A DNA stretch of 64,000 nt from Octopus vulgaris (GCA_951406725.2 OX597816.1:47492001-47556000); one strand, 5' to 3'. Positions 38,687-53,041 are shown, numbered from the stretch's first letter. Notes: generated by a model from the letters alone, not told the origin. Numbers and translations are program-made.

Positions 38687-39557
38687 TCATATGTGTCTGT
38701 ATCTGGGTTAATGTTTACTGTTTTCAAACCAGTGTTGTTTATGTTTCTGCCTTGCTTCTCAGTGGATTAGCAAACAGGATTTGGCAAAATAAGTACCAGA
38801 TAGAAATAAATATAATGGGTCGATATGATTGAATAAACCTTCGAATATAGAGCTCCAGTATGGCACCAGGGGACACAGCCATATTGTCAGAAGAAAATAC
38901 AGGATCAGGGGTTAAAAAAAGCATACAAACAAGGGGAGACAAAGAAGAGGTAAGAAAAGCAGAATGTTTTGCCGTGTTAATGCAAAAAAACAAACTTGAA
39001 TATGATAAAACAGAAATAATATTTTTGTATCATCAAAAACGTTTTTTTGTTTTTCGTAGTACACCAAGTACTACAGTTTAAAGATCCCCACTTCAGTATA
39101 ACTCTGATGCCCTGAAGTAGGATGAATTATTTCAATGCTTTCAAAAATAGTTTTCCAGATCAAAACAAGTTTAACCTAAATGTTTTTATTCACTTACATT
39201 TATGAAATCATAATATCAATTTTAGTCTAAGAAAAAACTTTGAATCAATAAGTATGGCAATATTAAAATTTTAAATTTTCAGTAGATTTCAATTTTTCTT
39301 TTGAATAATTCAAAAGTAGTTGCAAAAAAAATATGAAAAATATATAAAATAAAAAATTTTCATTATTAGGTATTAAAACCCAATTGATTAGGTGAAAGAT
39401 TTTTTTAATGTCTATTTTTAAACCCTGCTGCATACCTACAAGCAAATACGTATACATACACATGTAAATACACACTTACATATACATGTCTATCTATCTA
39501 TACATATACATTCATATATGGATGTACACACATACATACATTTACATGTATACACAT

Positions 39558-39614
<57 letters not shown>

Positions 39615-39730
39615 AGTCATCTAAGAGATCATAAGTTAGGGAAAGTTGCACTCATATATCTGTCAGTACAGTGGGTATATTATTCGAAATGTACAGTATT
39701 AGATATCCATTGTAATTTTTTACAAGAAAC

Positions 39731-40480
39731 CTATTTCTTTACTACCCACAAAGGGCTAAACACAGAGAGGACAAACAAGGACAGACAAAAGGATTAAGTC
39801 GATTATATTAACCACAATGCGTAACTGGTACTTATTTAATCGACCCCGAAAGGATGAAACGCAAAGCCGACCTCGGCGGAATTTGAACTCAGAACATAAA
39901 GACAGACGAAATACCTATTTCTTTACTACCCACAAGGGGCTAAACACAGAGAGGACAATCAAGGACAGACAAAGGGATTAAGTCGATTACATCGACTCCA
40001 GTGCGTAATTGGTACTTATTTAATCGACTCCGAAAGGCTGAAAGGCAAAGTTGACCTCGGCGGAATTTGAACTCAGAACACAGTGGCAGACAAAATACCA
40101 CAAAGCTTTTCGCCCAGCATGCTAACGTTTCTGTCAGCTCGAAACCGATTGGTAAGACCAGTAATGATCATCATCTTCACCACCACCATCATCATTATCC
40201 ATCATCTTCACCAGTAATGATTATTCACCTGAATCTTAATATATATATATTTCTTTACTACCCACAAGGGGCTAAACATAGAGGGGACAAACAAGGACAG
40301 ACAAAGGGATTAAGTCGATTACATCGACCCCAGTGCGAAACTGGTACTTAATTTATCGACCCCGAAAGGATGAAAGGCAAAGTCGACCTCGGCGGAATTT
40401 GAACTCAGAACGTAACGGCAGACGAAATACGGCTACGCATTTCGCCCGGTGTGCTAACGTGTCTGCCAGCTCACCGCCTT
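39731..40480 (-). mobile_element. Cluster of three SINE family B units (dimer 39731-40140, monomer 40248-40480)
   Basis: TATTTCTTTACTACCCACAA..GGCGGAATTTGAACTCAGAAC repeated three times. Confidence 0.85.
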
Positions 40481-40491
40481 AATATATATTA

Positions 40492-40888
40492 CTAGCAGTA
40501 TAGCCCAGCGTTGCTCAGGCTTGTTTTCTTTTCAACCCTTTAGAATTGGAATTTTTGAAAAGTAAAAATTTTGCATTATGTAGCTTGTTATTCTCTTTAA
40601 GTGAACATTTTTCTGGTTGAAATACACTGAAAAATGGCAAGACAGCAGTCAAAAAGTCATAAAAAATAGGGATTTTCATAGAAAAAAAGCAGCCTTTTGA
40701 TGTAAATAATTTTTGTGTTACCATGGTCCGATTTGAATTTTTTCTTCTACGAAAGGAAGAGCAAGCCTTCTTCTATCATAGTCTCAGTTTTGGTCAACTT
40801 GCGCCGCAGGGTCTTGGAGGAGACAGTGTTAGTTGAAGGCTACCAAACCTGCCATACACAGACAACTTCAGCTTTATATATATATAGA
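40492..40888 (-). mobile_element. Non-autonomous Helitron
   Basis: Minus strand begins A|TC-TATATA and ends with hairpin CCTGAGCAACGCTGGG then CTAG|T; no TSD. Confidence 0.8.
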
Positions 40889-40942
<54 letters not shown>

Positions 40943-41003
40943 CACACACAGCACACACACTTACACATACACACACACACACATACATACATACATACAT
41001 ACA

Positions 41004-41029
<26 letters not shown>

Positions 41030-41036
<7 letters not shown>

Positions 41037-41420
41037 TTTCAGCTGATATAAGCATGGAATTTGGCCAAAAGAAATGTTCATATCTGGTGTTATAGAATGT
41101 TGAAAGTCAGTCCCCCAAACCCAAAACCTGTGCATCATTCTATATCCAGACTATGAATTAATATTCAAACAAATGATAATTGGAGCACTAAGTTTTGTTA
41201 GTAAATGCTTGAAGGGGAATTTGGATAAACTGAGATTTTCAGAAAGAGAAATTGACCAGCTGGTTCATACATTACAAGTGCAATCTGAGTGGAACAGTAA
41301 AAATATGCAAGACTTTTCTCAGGTTCCAAATGTGAATTTGTCTCAAAGATGGTGCCTTGTATCTTTGTTGGAAACCGGCTCCCTCCTCAGTGGAAGATTT
41401 ATAATAATTAAAAAATAGAA
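41030..41420 (+). mobile_element. R4/Dong-like non-LTR retrotransposon deletion relic in a (CATA)n tract
   Basis: RT fragment FSADISMEFGQKKC fused to REL C-terminus IIGALSFVSK..LQVQS..GTVKICKTFL*. Confidence 0.7.
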
Positions 41421-41854
41421 GAGACATACATACATACATACATACATACACACACACACAGACATACATAAATATACACATACATACATCCATATATACA
41501 TACATACATATACATACATACATACACATACATACATACATACATACATACATACATACATACATACATACATACATAAATACACACATACATACATACA
41601 TACATACATACATACATACATACATACATACATACATACATACATACATACATACATACATACATACATACAAATGTGGCTGTGTGGTAAGAAGCTTGCT
41701 TCCCTGCAACATAGCTTTGGCTTCAGTCCTGCTTCATGACACTTTGAGCAAATGTCTTCTGCTATAACCTCAGGCCAACAGAATCCTTAAGAATGGATTT
41801 GGTAGCTAGAATCTGACAGAAGACTGTCATATCATGGAGCCAATAACAAATGAC

Positions 41855-42155
41855 TAAGACCTTTGGCAATATGCTTTACTTGAGAAGAAGACCCAACAAG
41901 CCAAGTAGTCATGGCAGATACTGATGTCACACCACTGGTACCAATGCTGGTGGCACATAAAAGTACCAATTACACTCTCAGAGTGGTTGGTGTTAGAAAG
42001 AGCATCCAGCTGTAGAAACCATGCTAAATCAGACTGGAGTCTGGTGCAGCCCATCAGCTTACCAGCCCTAGTGAAGCTGTCCAGCATGGACAACAGACAT
42101 TAAATGATGATGATGATGATGACGATGACGACGACGATGACGACGACGATGATGA
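41855..42155 (+). mobile_element. Family C retroposon
   Basis: Conserved 3' end and GAT/GAC tail. Confidence 0.7.
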
Positions 42156-42172
42156 TGGTATGATAGGTCTCT

Positions 42173-42391
42173 AAGGCGGCGAACTGGCAGAAACATTAGT
42201 GTTTCGGGCGAAATGCTTAACGGTATTTTGCCAGTCGTTATGTTCTGAGTTCAAATTCCGCTGAGGTCGACTTTGCCTTTCATCCTTTCGGAGTCGATAA
42301 ATTAAGTACCAGTTACGCACTGGGGTCGATGTAATCGACTTAATCCGTTTGTCCCCTCTGTGTTTAGCCTCTTGTGGGTAGTAAAGAAATA
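42173..42391 (+). mobile_element. SINE family B, full length with 16-bp TSD
   Basis: TSD GGTATGATAGGTCTCT at 42157-42172 and 42392-42407. Confidence 0.9.
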
Positions 42392-42924
42392 GGTATGATA
42401 GGTCTCTTTCAGTTTTCAATTGTCAAATCCATACAGTGAGACTGAACCCACAACCTTGTTGTCGGGAAACAAACCTCTCAAACACACAGACATGACCATG
42501 CAGACATGTGGGTGTATGTGTGTGTGTGTGTGATTGCATGTGTGTGAGATGTTATGAGAAATAGCTGGAAAGGAAGAAAAGAGCAAAAGGAAAGACGAAA
42601 AGAAATTCTTAATTTGCGTTGCTCTTTATTTATATTTATATATTCCTTTTTGTTTATTCCTTTTATTTGTTCTTTCTGTTTTTCATTCTTTTCTGAACAT
42701 TTCATGTCTATTGAAAATTAATCTGTTATTTTATGTATAAAATATAGATCACAACTAAAGTGAAGATATATCCTTTGAGAATTCTTTTAAGTGTTCACCA
42801 TTTATTCAAAATTCACACAGCAAAAATATGAAAATCAAACTATCCCAGAATGCTCATAATAGAAGTAAACAAGGGTTTCCTGTATTATCAATAACAACGT
42901 TTGTTCAAAATCATAGATGCTTCC

Positions 42925-42988
42925 GGACGATCCTGATGAAAGCCATGCTTATTTCCCGGGTGGTTTCAAACTGACAACAGTGATGTTC
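42925..42988 (+). ncRNA. Decayed type-I hammerhead-like motif
   Basis: GGAC(G)ATC-CTGATGA-AAGCCA..TGGTTT-CAAA-CTG ACAA CAG-T-GATGTTC: all three stems pair, but GAAA reads CAAA and the cleavage nucleotide is missing. Confidence 0.4.
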
Positions 42989-43019
42989 AGATGAGTTTCT
43001 AATAAAATATTGTGTTATA

Positions 43020-43495
<476 letters not shown>

Positions 43496-43897
43496 ACATG
43501 TGTTTATATATGTGCATACATACACACACACATATATATACATGAATATATACATCTATACAGCTGTTTACTTACACACGCAAGGCTAAAAGGTATTAAA
43601 AATCTTTCATCTGAAATTTTATTACCTAATGACAAAGTGCATTCATTTACTTATACTTTTGTGACTACACTGAAATTTAAAAAATTCTATATTACATATT
43701 ACTGAGACCTCATTTTGTGATACTGGTTTGATCACTCAATATATAATATATATATATATAACTAGACCACCATCGCCATCGTCATCATTATCATCATCAT
43801 CATCAGCAGCATCCTCATTGTCATCCTCACCACCACCACCACCACCACCATCATCATCATCGTTGGCAGTGGTGTCATCATAATCACTTTCATCACC

Positions 43898-43929
<32 letters not shown>

Positions 43930-44370
43930 TTCACCACCACCACCATCACCATTTTCCATCATCATCATCATCATTATCAGTAGCAGCAGCAGCATTGTCA
44001 TTATCATTTAACCTCTGCTTTCAATGCCAGCACAGGTAGGAATGGTTTACCTGTAACTGGTAAGTTTCAGGGGTGCGTTGACCACCAGCAACATCTTTTG
44101 TAGGGTTTCTATGGCTGGATGCCCGTCATAAATGCCAGCTACTTTCCTGAGGGTACTGGGTCTTTTTTCCTGCCACAAGCACAAGTGAGACTCCATGTAA
44201 CTTACAAGACGGAAAAAACAAAAGAAAAAAGAAATAGAAAAAAAGCGCCCTACTAAGGAAGAAGTATATATACACATAGTTGCTTACATGCATAAATGTA
44301 ACATAATACATATATATTTAGACTTACATATAAATATACATATATATACGCAGACACACATTCGCACTTC

Positions 44371-44403
<33 letters not shown>

Positions 44404-44639
44404 GTATACATATGTATTTATATATACACCCTTCCATCACACACCTGCATCTGTACATATACAAACATTTGCATATCCGTATAAATGAAGGGTGTGTGTG
44501 CATGAATGTCACACATATGCACTGGACACACAGCCTTACACTCATATATATATATATACATATACACATATACATATATACACACACATATGCATAATAT
44601 ATATACATACAAATACATATATGCAGACATGTACACACT

Positions 44640-45524
44640 CGCACATTTAAAAAGGAAAAAGGAAAAAATGAAAAATATATTAAAAAAATTAAAAATTAAA
44701 TATTAAAAATTAATGGAAGTTAAAACATATGGGAAAGCTTGTGCAGGAACATAGTAGAAATGTGAATTCTAGCCGTGATCTTGGGGGTCCCAAAACTGTA
44801 ACAGGTATTTTGTGACATATGGACATGATACAAAAAGTTCAGTTCATGAACTTAAACATGTAGTTGGATCTAAGTAATTTTTCCAGATGAACCATCTTTC
44901 CATATTACAAAGACCACATTTGTCACTACTGTTGATATAAAGTTTACACTTGGTTAAGATCTTCCAGTAAATCCTGTAGTTGACACGTTGTTCTTTTAAG
45001 TACCATATATAACTGGATAATTTGGTAGTCTTTCATTTATTCCAGTGTCTGAAGTTTAAGGTGTGATTATTGAATCTTGCTTTGAAATTTCCCTCAGTGT
45101 GATCCACATATCTCTTGGATGAAACTGTATTATTAGCACTTGTGGAATTTATGGTGGCTTCATAAATAATGACCTCGGGCATACAGGCTCCATTTAGTGG
45201 GCACAAGTTTTTATTCCTGCAGGAACAACCGGCTTCTTGTTGTATTGTGCATAATTATGCTTTTAAAGTTTGGGATGGAACTAAAACTAATTTTTAAGTT
45301 ATGCCTGTTAAAGAGTTTTCTATATTTGTGATGAATTGGAAAATGTCTATCTATAAGTGACAAGAAATATTTACCTATATTAAAGGTTACTTCGAGTGAG
45401 TAAGGGGGTGGAAGCCAGATAATTTTCCTGTGTCTATGTTTCCTTTTCTATATTTCTGGTTTAATAGTAGGGGTGCAAGCTATTTTCTCTTTAAATCCAC
45501 TAACTTTAAAGGCATTGTTATATA
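44640..45524 (-). mobile_element. Penelope-like element, linker plus GIY-YIG endonuclease region, defective
   Basis: RKIIW..PPYS..NIGKYFLSLIDRHF..KLFNRHNLKISFS..CSCRNKNLCPLNGAC..IIYEA..YVDHTEGNFKARFNNH. Confidence 0.88.
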
Positions 45525-45988
45525 GTGGATCTCACTGAGGGAAATTTCAAAGCAAGATTCAAGAATCACGCCTTAAGCTTCAGACACTGGAATAAACGAA
45601 AGACTACCAAATTATCCAGTTATATATGGTACTTAAAAGAACAACGTGTCAACTACAGGATTTACTGGAAGATCTTAGCCAAGTGTAAACCTTATATCAA
45701 CGGTAGTGGCAAGTGTGGTCTTTGTAATATGGAAAGATGGCTCATCTGGAAAAGTTCCTTAGACCCCACTACATTTTTAAATTCAAGAACTGAACTTTTT
45801 GTATCATGTCCATGTGTCACAAAATACCTGTTACCATTTTGGGCCCCTCAAGATCATCTCTAGAATCCTCATTTCTACTATGTTCCTGCACAAGCTTTCC
45901 CATATGTTTTAACTTCCATTAATTTTTAATATTTAATTTTTAATTTTTTAAATCTATTTTTCCTTTTTTCCTTTTTCCTTTTTAATTG
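45525..45988 (+). mobile_element. Inverted second copy of the Penelope-like 3' end
   Basis: ORF 45525-45863 TEGNFKARFKNH..KLSSYIWYLK..CGLCNMER..LNSRTEL; reverse complement of 44640-45103. Confidence 0.88.
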
Positions 45989-46025
45989 TGTGTATGGGTG
46001 TGTGTATATATATGTATATATTTTA

Positions 46026-46078
<53 letters not shown>

Positions 46079-46179
46079 ATATATATGTGTGTGTGTGTGC
46101 GTATATATATATATATATATATATATGATGTTGATGATAATGATGATGATGATATATTTATGCATTCTTATATATTTAA

Positions 46180-46482
46180 GGAAGACCCCCCCCCCTTTGG
46201 TCATGAATGACCATGGGATTGCATCTAGAAAGTTACCCTCCAAAGCATAAGTCCAAGCAAGGTTTTTTTATGGAAGAGCATCAGTTACCCATGCATACCA
46301 GCCTCACCTCTTCATGCCACTGATGTTATCCAGTGATATCACAATTCATTTCTACAGCTGAGTGAACTGGAGCAATGTGAAATAAAGTGTCTTGCTCAAG
46401 AACACAACACACAGTCTGATCTGGGAATTGAATTCACTACCTCATGATTGTGAGCCTGACATTCTAATCACTGAGTCATGTG
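46180..46482 (-). mobile_element. SINE family D
   Basis: Reverse complement resembles 5337-5655. Confidence 0.7.
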
Positions 46483-46894
46483 TCTTGATATATTTTTACA
46501 AGAAGTGTGGTGACAAGCCTGGTATCAGTCATGAGACACTGCTGTGAAGATTAGCAATATGAAACTTTGAAATCACTGTCTCCATTCTTCTTTTAAATAT
46601 ATAATAAATATATACATTACAAAAGAGTATTGACTAATACTTCAGCTTAATATAAAATTGTTTACATTATAACTCAATATAAAAACAGCCAATGATACTC
46701 ATTTATACATATAAATGTTTGTTTTATGTTGTAATAAAAACAATTTTACATTAAACGGAAGGATTACACAATACATTTGGCATAGTAAAAATTTATTATT
46801 CTTTAACAAAAATAGAATTGACTGACTTTAAAGTTATGGGCAGCTAAGCCACCATCAGATTGTGGTGCTTTTGAGTTCATCTTGGTTTTATGTA

Positions 46895-47454
46895 TTAGGT
46901 AGTCTGAAAAGTTTGTGCCGATTTATAGTAGCTTACCTTTATTTTAGAACATGGTTGAGTCTATAAAATAAGAGTTGACTACACCTCCATTTAGAGCATA
47001 TTTTAAGCTATATTTTCGTGGAAGAAGGTTTATGTTCGTATAACCTGTGTTAATTCTGTAACCCTTTAAAATGGAAGATAAGTAAGTTCATTTTTGGTAC
47101 TTGAAGCTTTGGGAGCCAGACAAAAATTGCTGCAGCTCGGTTGTGATGTGCTACCCCACCCTCCATATTCACCAGATATTGCTCCTTCAGATTTCCACTT
47201 ATTCAGGTCTCTGCAGAATAGTCTTAATGGTAAAAATTTCAATTTCTTGGATGACATAAAAAGATACCTTGATGAATTCTTTGCCATGAAACCACCTCGA
47301 TTCTGGGAAGAGGGTATTTTCAAGTTAAAGGAAAGATGGAGACGCATTGTGCAACAAAATGGTTCATATTTGGTTGATTAAAAATGTAATGGCAAGTATT
47401 TATTGACCTTTTTCTTTCCTTTAAAAATTGGCACGAACTTTCTGGACAACCCAA
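46895..47454 (+). mobile_element. Mariner internal-deletion derivative (560 bp)
   Basis: TIRs TTAGGTAGTCTGAAAAGTTTGTGCCG / TGGCACGAACTTTCTGGACAACCCAA, TA TSD; N-terminal MEDK joined to HPPYSPDIAPSDFHLFRSLQN. Confidence 0.93.
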
Positions 47455-47549
47455 TAGTATCTGTTTAGTTAAAATTTTTGTAGGGCATGCTGAGATCTGT
47501 TGAATGGTAGGTTGTGATGGCAAAGTGTTATGGGGAATTTTTATTGATT

Positions 47550-48150
47550 AAATATCGGGATATGCTGTTGTTTTCTTGCTTGCTTCATACTCTTGCTTCA
47601 TGTGGCTGGGGTCATCCCAGGTTAATAGTCTCAGAGGGACATCATCATGTGTAGGGCTAACAAGTGCTCCCCATTGCTGGTGATCTTGTGTCAGCCCCTC
47701 TGCATCTTCTAAGGTGACATCAAGCCTTTCGAGATCTTCCCCAATTGCTTTCAGCCATCTGGTGTGGGACCTGCCATGAGACCTCTTCCAGCCCACAGCT
47801 GCTGCACGAAATGAGAGTAAAGTTCTAGTAGGTTGATCCAGCAGGAGATGAAGGACATGTCCTTATCAGCGCATGTCCTTATCAGCGCATGCAACAGATA
47901 GCTATGAGGTGGGAAGCTGCGAACTGATGCATGCACACATGCAGTTCTTTGCTGGGAATATGATGGCACTATTTGATATACTCAACAGTGCTCAGGGTTC
48001 TGTTATCAAAACCATTAATTCTCTTTGCCAGGGTCTTTGAAAGGGGCCATGTTTTTGTTCCACAGAGAGAAATGGAAATAGCCAAAGCTGTTGTGTAGAA
48101 TTTATTCAAGCATGCAGAATTTGTAATCAGATGTTTATATTCAACAGAGC
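47550..48150 (-). mobile_element. RTE-clade LINE 3' fragment, decayed
   Basis: LCGTKTWPLSKTLAKRINGFD and WKRSHGRSHTRWLKAIGEDL..QDHQQW. Confidence 0.75.
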
Positions 48151-48295
48151 TCAGCTTACCCAAGAAAAATTTTACCTGAACAGAGACTAAAAAAAACCAA
48201 GATGAACTCAAATGCACCACAGTTAGATGGTGGCTTACCTGACTGAAACACAGAAGTCACTGCCAGTACTATTATACTAGTTTTGTTAAAGAATA

Positions 48296-48699
48296 CTCTT
48301 TTACTTGTTTCAGTCATTTAACTGTGGCCATGCTGGAGCACAACCTCTAGCCAAGCAAATCGACCCCAGGACTTACTCTTTGTAAGCCTAATACTTATTC
48401 TATCAGTCTCTTTTGCCGAACCACTAAGTTACGGGGATGTAAACACACCAGTATCGGTTGTCAAGTGATGCTGGGGGGACTAACACAGACACACAAACAC
48501 ATACACACGCACATACATATATATAGACATATATACGATAGGCTTCTTTCAGTTTCTATTTACCAAATCCACTCACAAGACTTTGGTCGGCCCAAGGCTA
48601 TAGTGGAATACACTAGCCCAAGTTACCACACAGTGGGACTGAACCTGGAACCATGTGGTTCATAAGCAAGCTACATACCACACAGCCACTTCTATGCCT
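48296..48699 (-). mobile_element. SINE family A
   Basis: Reverse complement of the consensus. Confidence 0.85.
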
Positions 48700-48709
48700 A
48701 TATATATTG

Positions 48710-49235
48710 CTTGCAAAGACCTATTGAAGTAAGTGAAATCAAATTAAATCAAAATTGCTGACATGGCAGATGACAGTACTGCCTGATTGGCACTCATGCA
48801 AGTGGAATGTTAAAAGTACATCCAAGCATTATCGTTGCCAGGGGCCACGGATTGGCTCCTGTGCTGGTGGCATATAAAAAGCTCCATTTGAGTGTGATCA
48901 TTGCCAGTGTCACCTTATCGGTACATGTGCTGGTGGCATGTGAAAAGCAACATTCGAGCGTGGTCATTGCCAGTGCCACCAGACTGGCTCCCTTGCAGGT
49001 AGCACGTAAAAGACACCTTTTGAGCATGGTCGTTGCCAGAACTACCTGACTGGGCATCAGAGTGGTTGGCTTTAGGAAGGGCATCCAGTGTAGAAACTTT
49101 GCCAGATCAGATTGAGTCTGGTGTAGCCTTCTGGATCACCAGTCCTCAGTCAAACCGTCCAGCCCATGCCAGCATGGAAAGAAGACATTATACGACAACA
49201 ATGAAGATGATTATGATTATGACGATGATGATGAT
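48710..49235 (+). mobile_element. Family C retroposon
   Basis: Four tandem GTGGCA..CATTCGAGCGTG-like units and GAT tail. Confidence 0.75.
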
Positions 49236-49453
49236 ATATATATAGTTGAAATTTACAGAAAAACAAAAGACAAAGACAGCCATATAAACAACAAGCAGGT
49301 GTATTAGTCTGATGCTCAGGAAGGTGAGAAAGTTTTTTACGTCTCAAGCTTATGCCCTTCAACATCTAGGAACATGAGGAAATAAACAAAGAAAGAATAT
49401 AAAAAAAAAGGAGTTGACGGTCAATCATATACATGATGATTATATATATATTA

Positions 49454-49959
49454 CTAGCAGTATCGCCCGGCGTTGCTCGGGTTTGTAAGGGAAATAACTA
49501 TATAAGCATTTTTAGAGAGTTACTTCCCTTATAAATTCGGGCTTTCTTAGCCATTTTTGTTTTGGTGTCTTCAAGCCATGAAGTCGTTGTTCTAAAAGAA
49601 CGCTGGTTTCCTTCACAACGCATTACGACGTTGATTTCTTACACTCCCTTCCCCCACAGCTTCACGAGGGAGGGAAGGGGGAGAAGCAAACAGGTGCGGC
49701 TGTGAGCGTGGATGCCAACTCCGCCGCCATCGACACACGATGCATTTTATGCATTAAAATGGAATAAAAAATGATGTTAAATTATTTTTTAAATCGTAGA
49801 CTCATCGTTGACGCGCGCTAATAGTCAGACGGGCTCGATATGAATCACGACTATAAGATACCCGAATTTGGTTAAACTGCACCGCAAAATGTGGGAGGAG
49901 TTAGGAATCTAAATCGAAGGGGACAGACACTCACACAACTAGAGTTTTATATATATAGA
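49454..49959 (-). mobile_element. Non-autonomous Helitron
   Basis: A|TC start at 49959, hairpin CCCGAGCAACGCCGGG, CTAG|T end at 49454; termini shared with 40492-40888. Confidence 0.85.
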
Positions 49960-49969
49960 TATATATATA

Positions 49970-50507
49970 CGAGCAAAACGCACCCTGTCCAATGGATGGT
50001 GCTGAGTTGTCAAACATTTAAACCAAATTTTCTTAAAACAACTTGTCCGACCGTCCCATAGGCCTCCCCTTTGAGAAACACTGTTTTAACCTAAATTTTA
50101 GACACCAGCAAAAGAAGAAATAAAGATAGACTTTTTTTCTATTCCAAAGGAAAACGATTTTATTCACACAAATATGCAACCGAAGATTTGAAAGTACCAG
50201 TAATGATAAGGCTGTTGACTGGGAGAACACAAACACGGTTTGAACAGTAAGCTTGGCAGGAAAGAAATGTGCCTTTAAGCAGTGCAAAAACAACAAAAAG
50301 TAGAAGGTGCATGTTGATGAAAAGCAGGACAAAAATGGCTTTATCGATCGCATTCTCACCTGGAATCGATTTGTGTAATTTTTTCAAGACTTATACACGC
50401 CCTAATATTGTCGGTATCTACATATCAAATTGAGTGCAATCGGATGGAGGATGACCAAGATCCTAGAAGACACACACACACAGACAGAAAGGATTTTATA
50501 TAATAGA
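49970..50507 (-). mobile_element. Probable third non-autonomous Helitron, tandem with the previous one
   Basis: TC-TATTATATAAAA start with CTGT/GT repeat; degenerate 3' hairpin and CTCG instead of CTAG. Confidence 0.55.
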
Positions 50508-51718
50508 TATATAATCATCCTTAACATATTCAACATCCATTTTCCATGCTGGCATGGGTTGGATGGCTTGACAGGAACTGGTAAGGCCAGGGGGTCACAT
50601 CAAGTTCCATAGTCTGTTTTGGCTGGGTTTCTACGGCTGTATGTCCTTCCTAACACCAACCTCTTTACAGTGTATACCGAGTGCTTTTTATGTGGCACCA
50701 GCACCAACACCAATGCTTTTTATGAAACACCTTAGTTTTAGGATCTCAATTCTGTTGTGGTGGGCAGGTCCTCTTGAGTATAGCAATTCACCACACATAC
50801 ACACACACACACACATACATACACACACACATTTACATACACACACATTTTCACACACACACACATATTTACAAATATGTAATATCACTTTTAGTTACCC
50901 ATCTGATGTATGTTACAGTAAGATACCTCTTTTGTAACATGAGAGGAGGTTAGGCTGATATTGACTTCTGATGTCATCATCCTCTTCCTCATCCTCCTCA
51001 TCATCATCGTTTAACGTCCGTTTTCCATGCTAGCATGGGTTGTTATTTAGGATAACATTTATGTGAAGACACAGCAAGCAATTCAAGAAGAATGAACTGG
51101 CATAAAAGGCCATTTGTAGAAGACATGATCAAGTCTGATCTCAGATGTTAAACCTTGCATTTAGTTTATATATTAAGTGCCATAGAACCACATGGTTCAC
51201 CAGCTATGTTTTGTTCAGATGCTTTTGGAATACAATAAAAGTTCAATAATCTAATTAATTTATACAACCAAACCAAAATCTCTTTATTGTAATTGTTACT
51301 TTGCTAGTTGAACACGTGCATCATTAGTCTTCAATATGTCTATTGTTTCATACAAAACTGTGAATTGGATCTTTATTATGAACTTTTATCAGTGTTGCTG
51401 CCGCATCCTATCTAAAATATTCAACTACCATACAAAATTAGGCGCCTTTCTTTTAGATCTATTTCTTTGACTGAATGTTGTGCTGTCTCAAAGATTATTG
51501 GAGCTAATGGTAGTTAGCTAATGAACCTTTCACCTTATTTGCTAAACTATGTTATATGCTTTCTTGCTTCTCTTCTTCTCTCATTCTCTGACCATTTCAG
51601 TGAGTCGATGGTGACCACTTTAGAAACCATCTCTCTTGGACTGACAACCAACTTATACTAAAATGTGTATAGGTACCCTACCCTTTATTGCCATCATAGA
51701 CAAGCATAGGAACTTCTG

Positions 51719-52005
51719 AGGCACAATAGTCTAGTGGTTAGAGCAGTGGGCTCGCGGGTTCGAATCTCAGACCGGGCGATGTGTGTGTTTATAAGCGAAA
51801 CACCTATGCTCCACGCGGATCTAGCAGAAGGTAATGGCGAAACTTTTGCTGACTCTTTCGCCACAACTTTCTCTCACTCTTTCCTCCTGCATCTTGCAGC
51901 TCACCTGCGATGGACTGGCGTCTCGTCCAGGTGGGGAACCTGTATGCCAAGAAACCGGGAAACCGGCCCTTATGAGCCAGGCATGGCTCGAAAAGGAACA
52001 AAAAT
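51719..52005 (+). mobile_element. tRNA-headed SINE (D-like head, distinct tail)
   Basis: AGTGGTTAGAGC, GGTTCGAATCTC; 3' part GGACTGGCGTC..CAGGTGGGGAA..GAAACCGGGAAAC has a decayed relative near 62945-63005 on the minus strand. Confidence 0.65.
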
Positions 52006-52393
52006 AATAACAAAGGAACTTCTGCATGGCATGCCTAATTAAAAAACTAGCTTAAATTTTTCTAATAGTGACATCAAGCCTGATGATGAACCATGTCCCA
52101 TGTGTAGCTCTTCTTCGAAAGCTTGTCCATGGCTGCCTTATGGTTTTATAGAAAAATGTAATATAATGACCACCATTTAATCTTTGAGATCAAATGATAC
52201 CTAATATCACAAGCTGAAGGAACAGAAACAGTGGTTGGGCTGATGTGTATTTAGTTCTGTCTCCTATTGTGTGAGATACATTAAGTTTACTTTCCATCTC
52301 TACGGTGTTGATAAAATATATACCAACTAGTGGGTACCATGGAAAATTCACAAGTGATTGGCTAAAAATGTGTTCCCTTTTATCATTTAGTGA

Positions 52394-52430
<37 letters not shown>

Positions 52431-52749
52431 AACACACACACACACAAATATATATATATATATATTGAGAGAGAGAGAAAATATGATGGGTTTAGTTCAC
52501 TTGTGATCTTAATGAATAGGTACACTGGGTGTTATATATATATATATATATATATAATCAAAAGTGTACGTTATTACTGACTTGCAACACAACCAACCTA
52601 GTGGTGATGTTTCTGTATCAAAAGGGCATAATTCTTAACTCAATCCTCTACTCATTTGTTTCGTCATCTTTTTTCTCAGCAGCTTCAAACTGGATGTGCC
52701 CATACACTTCCAACAATAGAGAGCAGTCACCATATTTCATTCCATATTC

Positions 52750-52839
52750 GCTACCTCTGATGAGCGTAGGGTTTTATAATCAGATTGTTACCTAACACTC
52801 TGCTGAATATCTAGCATGAAACCGATTGGTAAGATCAGC
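52750..52839 (+). ncRNA. Type-I hammerhead-like motif with intact core and long stem II
   Basis: CTGATGA (52757-52763), GAAA (52818-52821), CC-GATT-GG, TA, stem I GCTACCT/AGATCAGC; related sequence at 34350-34465 (-), 39612-39715 (-), 40141-40161 (+). Confidence 0.5.
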
Positions 52840-52969
52840 TGTAATGGATATATAATACTGCACACATCAGATAATATACCCACTCTATTGACAGATATAC
52901 GAGTGTATTTTTTCCTGGTTTATGAACTTTCAGACGGCTTACACACTTACATATCTATCTATCTGTCAG

Positions 52970-53041
<72 letters not shown>

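Noticed and set aside
45525-45863. Host GIY-YIG nuclease gene
   Set aside because: Starts mid-domain at an inversion junction and is part of a Penelope-like element
47094-47381. SETMAR-like domesticated gene
   Set aside because: Only the C-terminal transposase fragment within TIRs of a 560-bp deletion derivative; no SET domain
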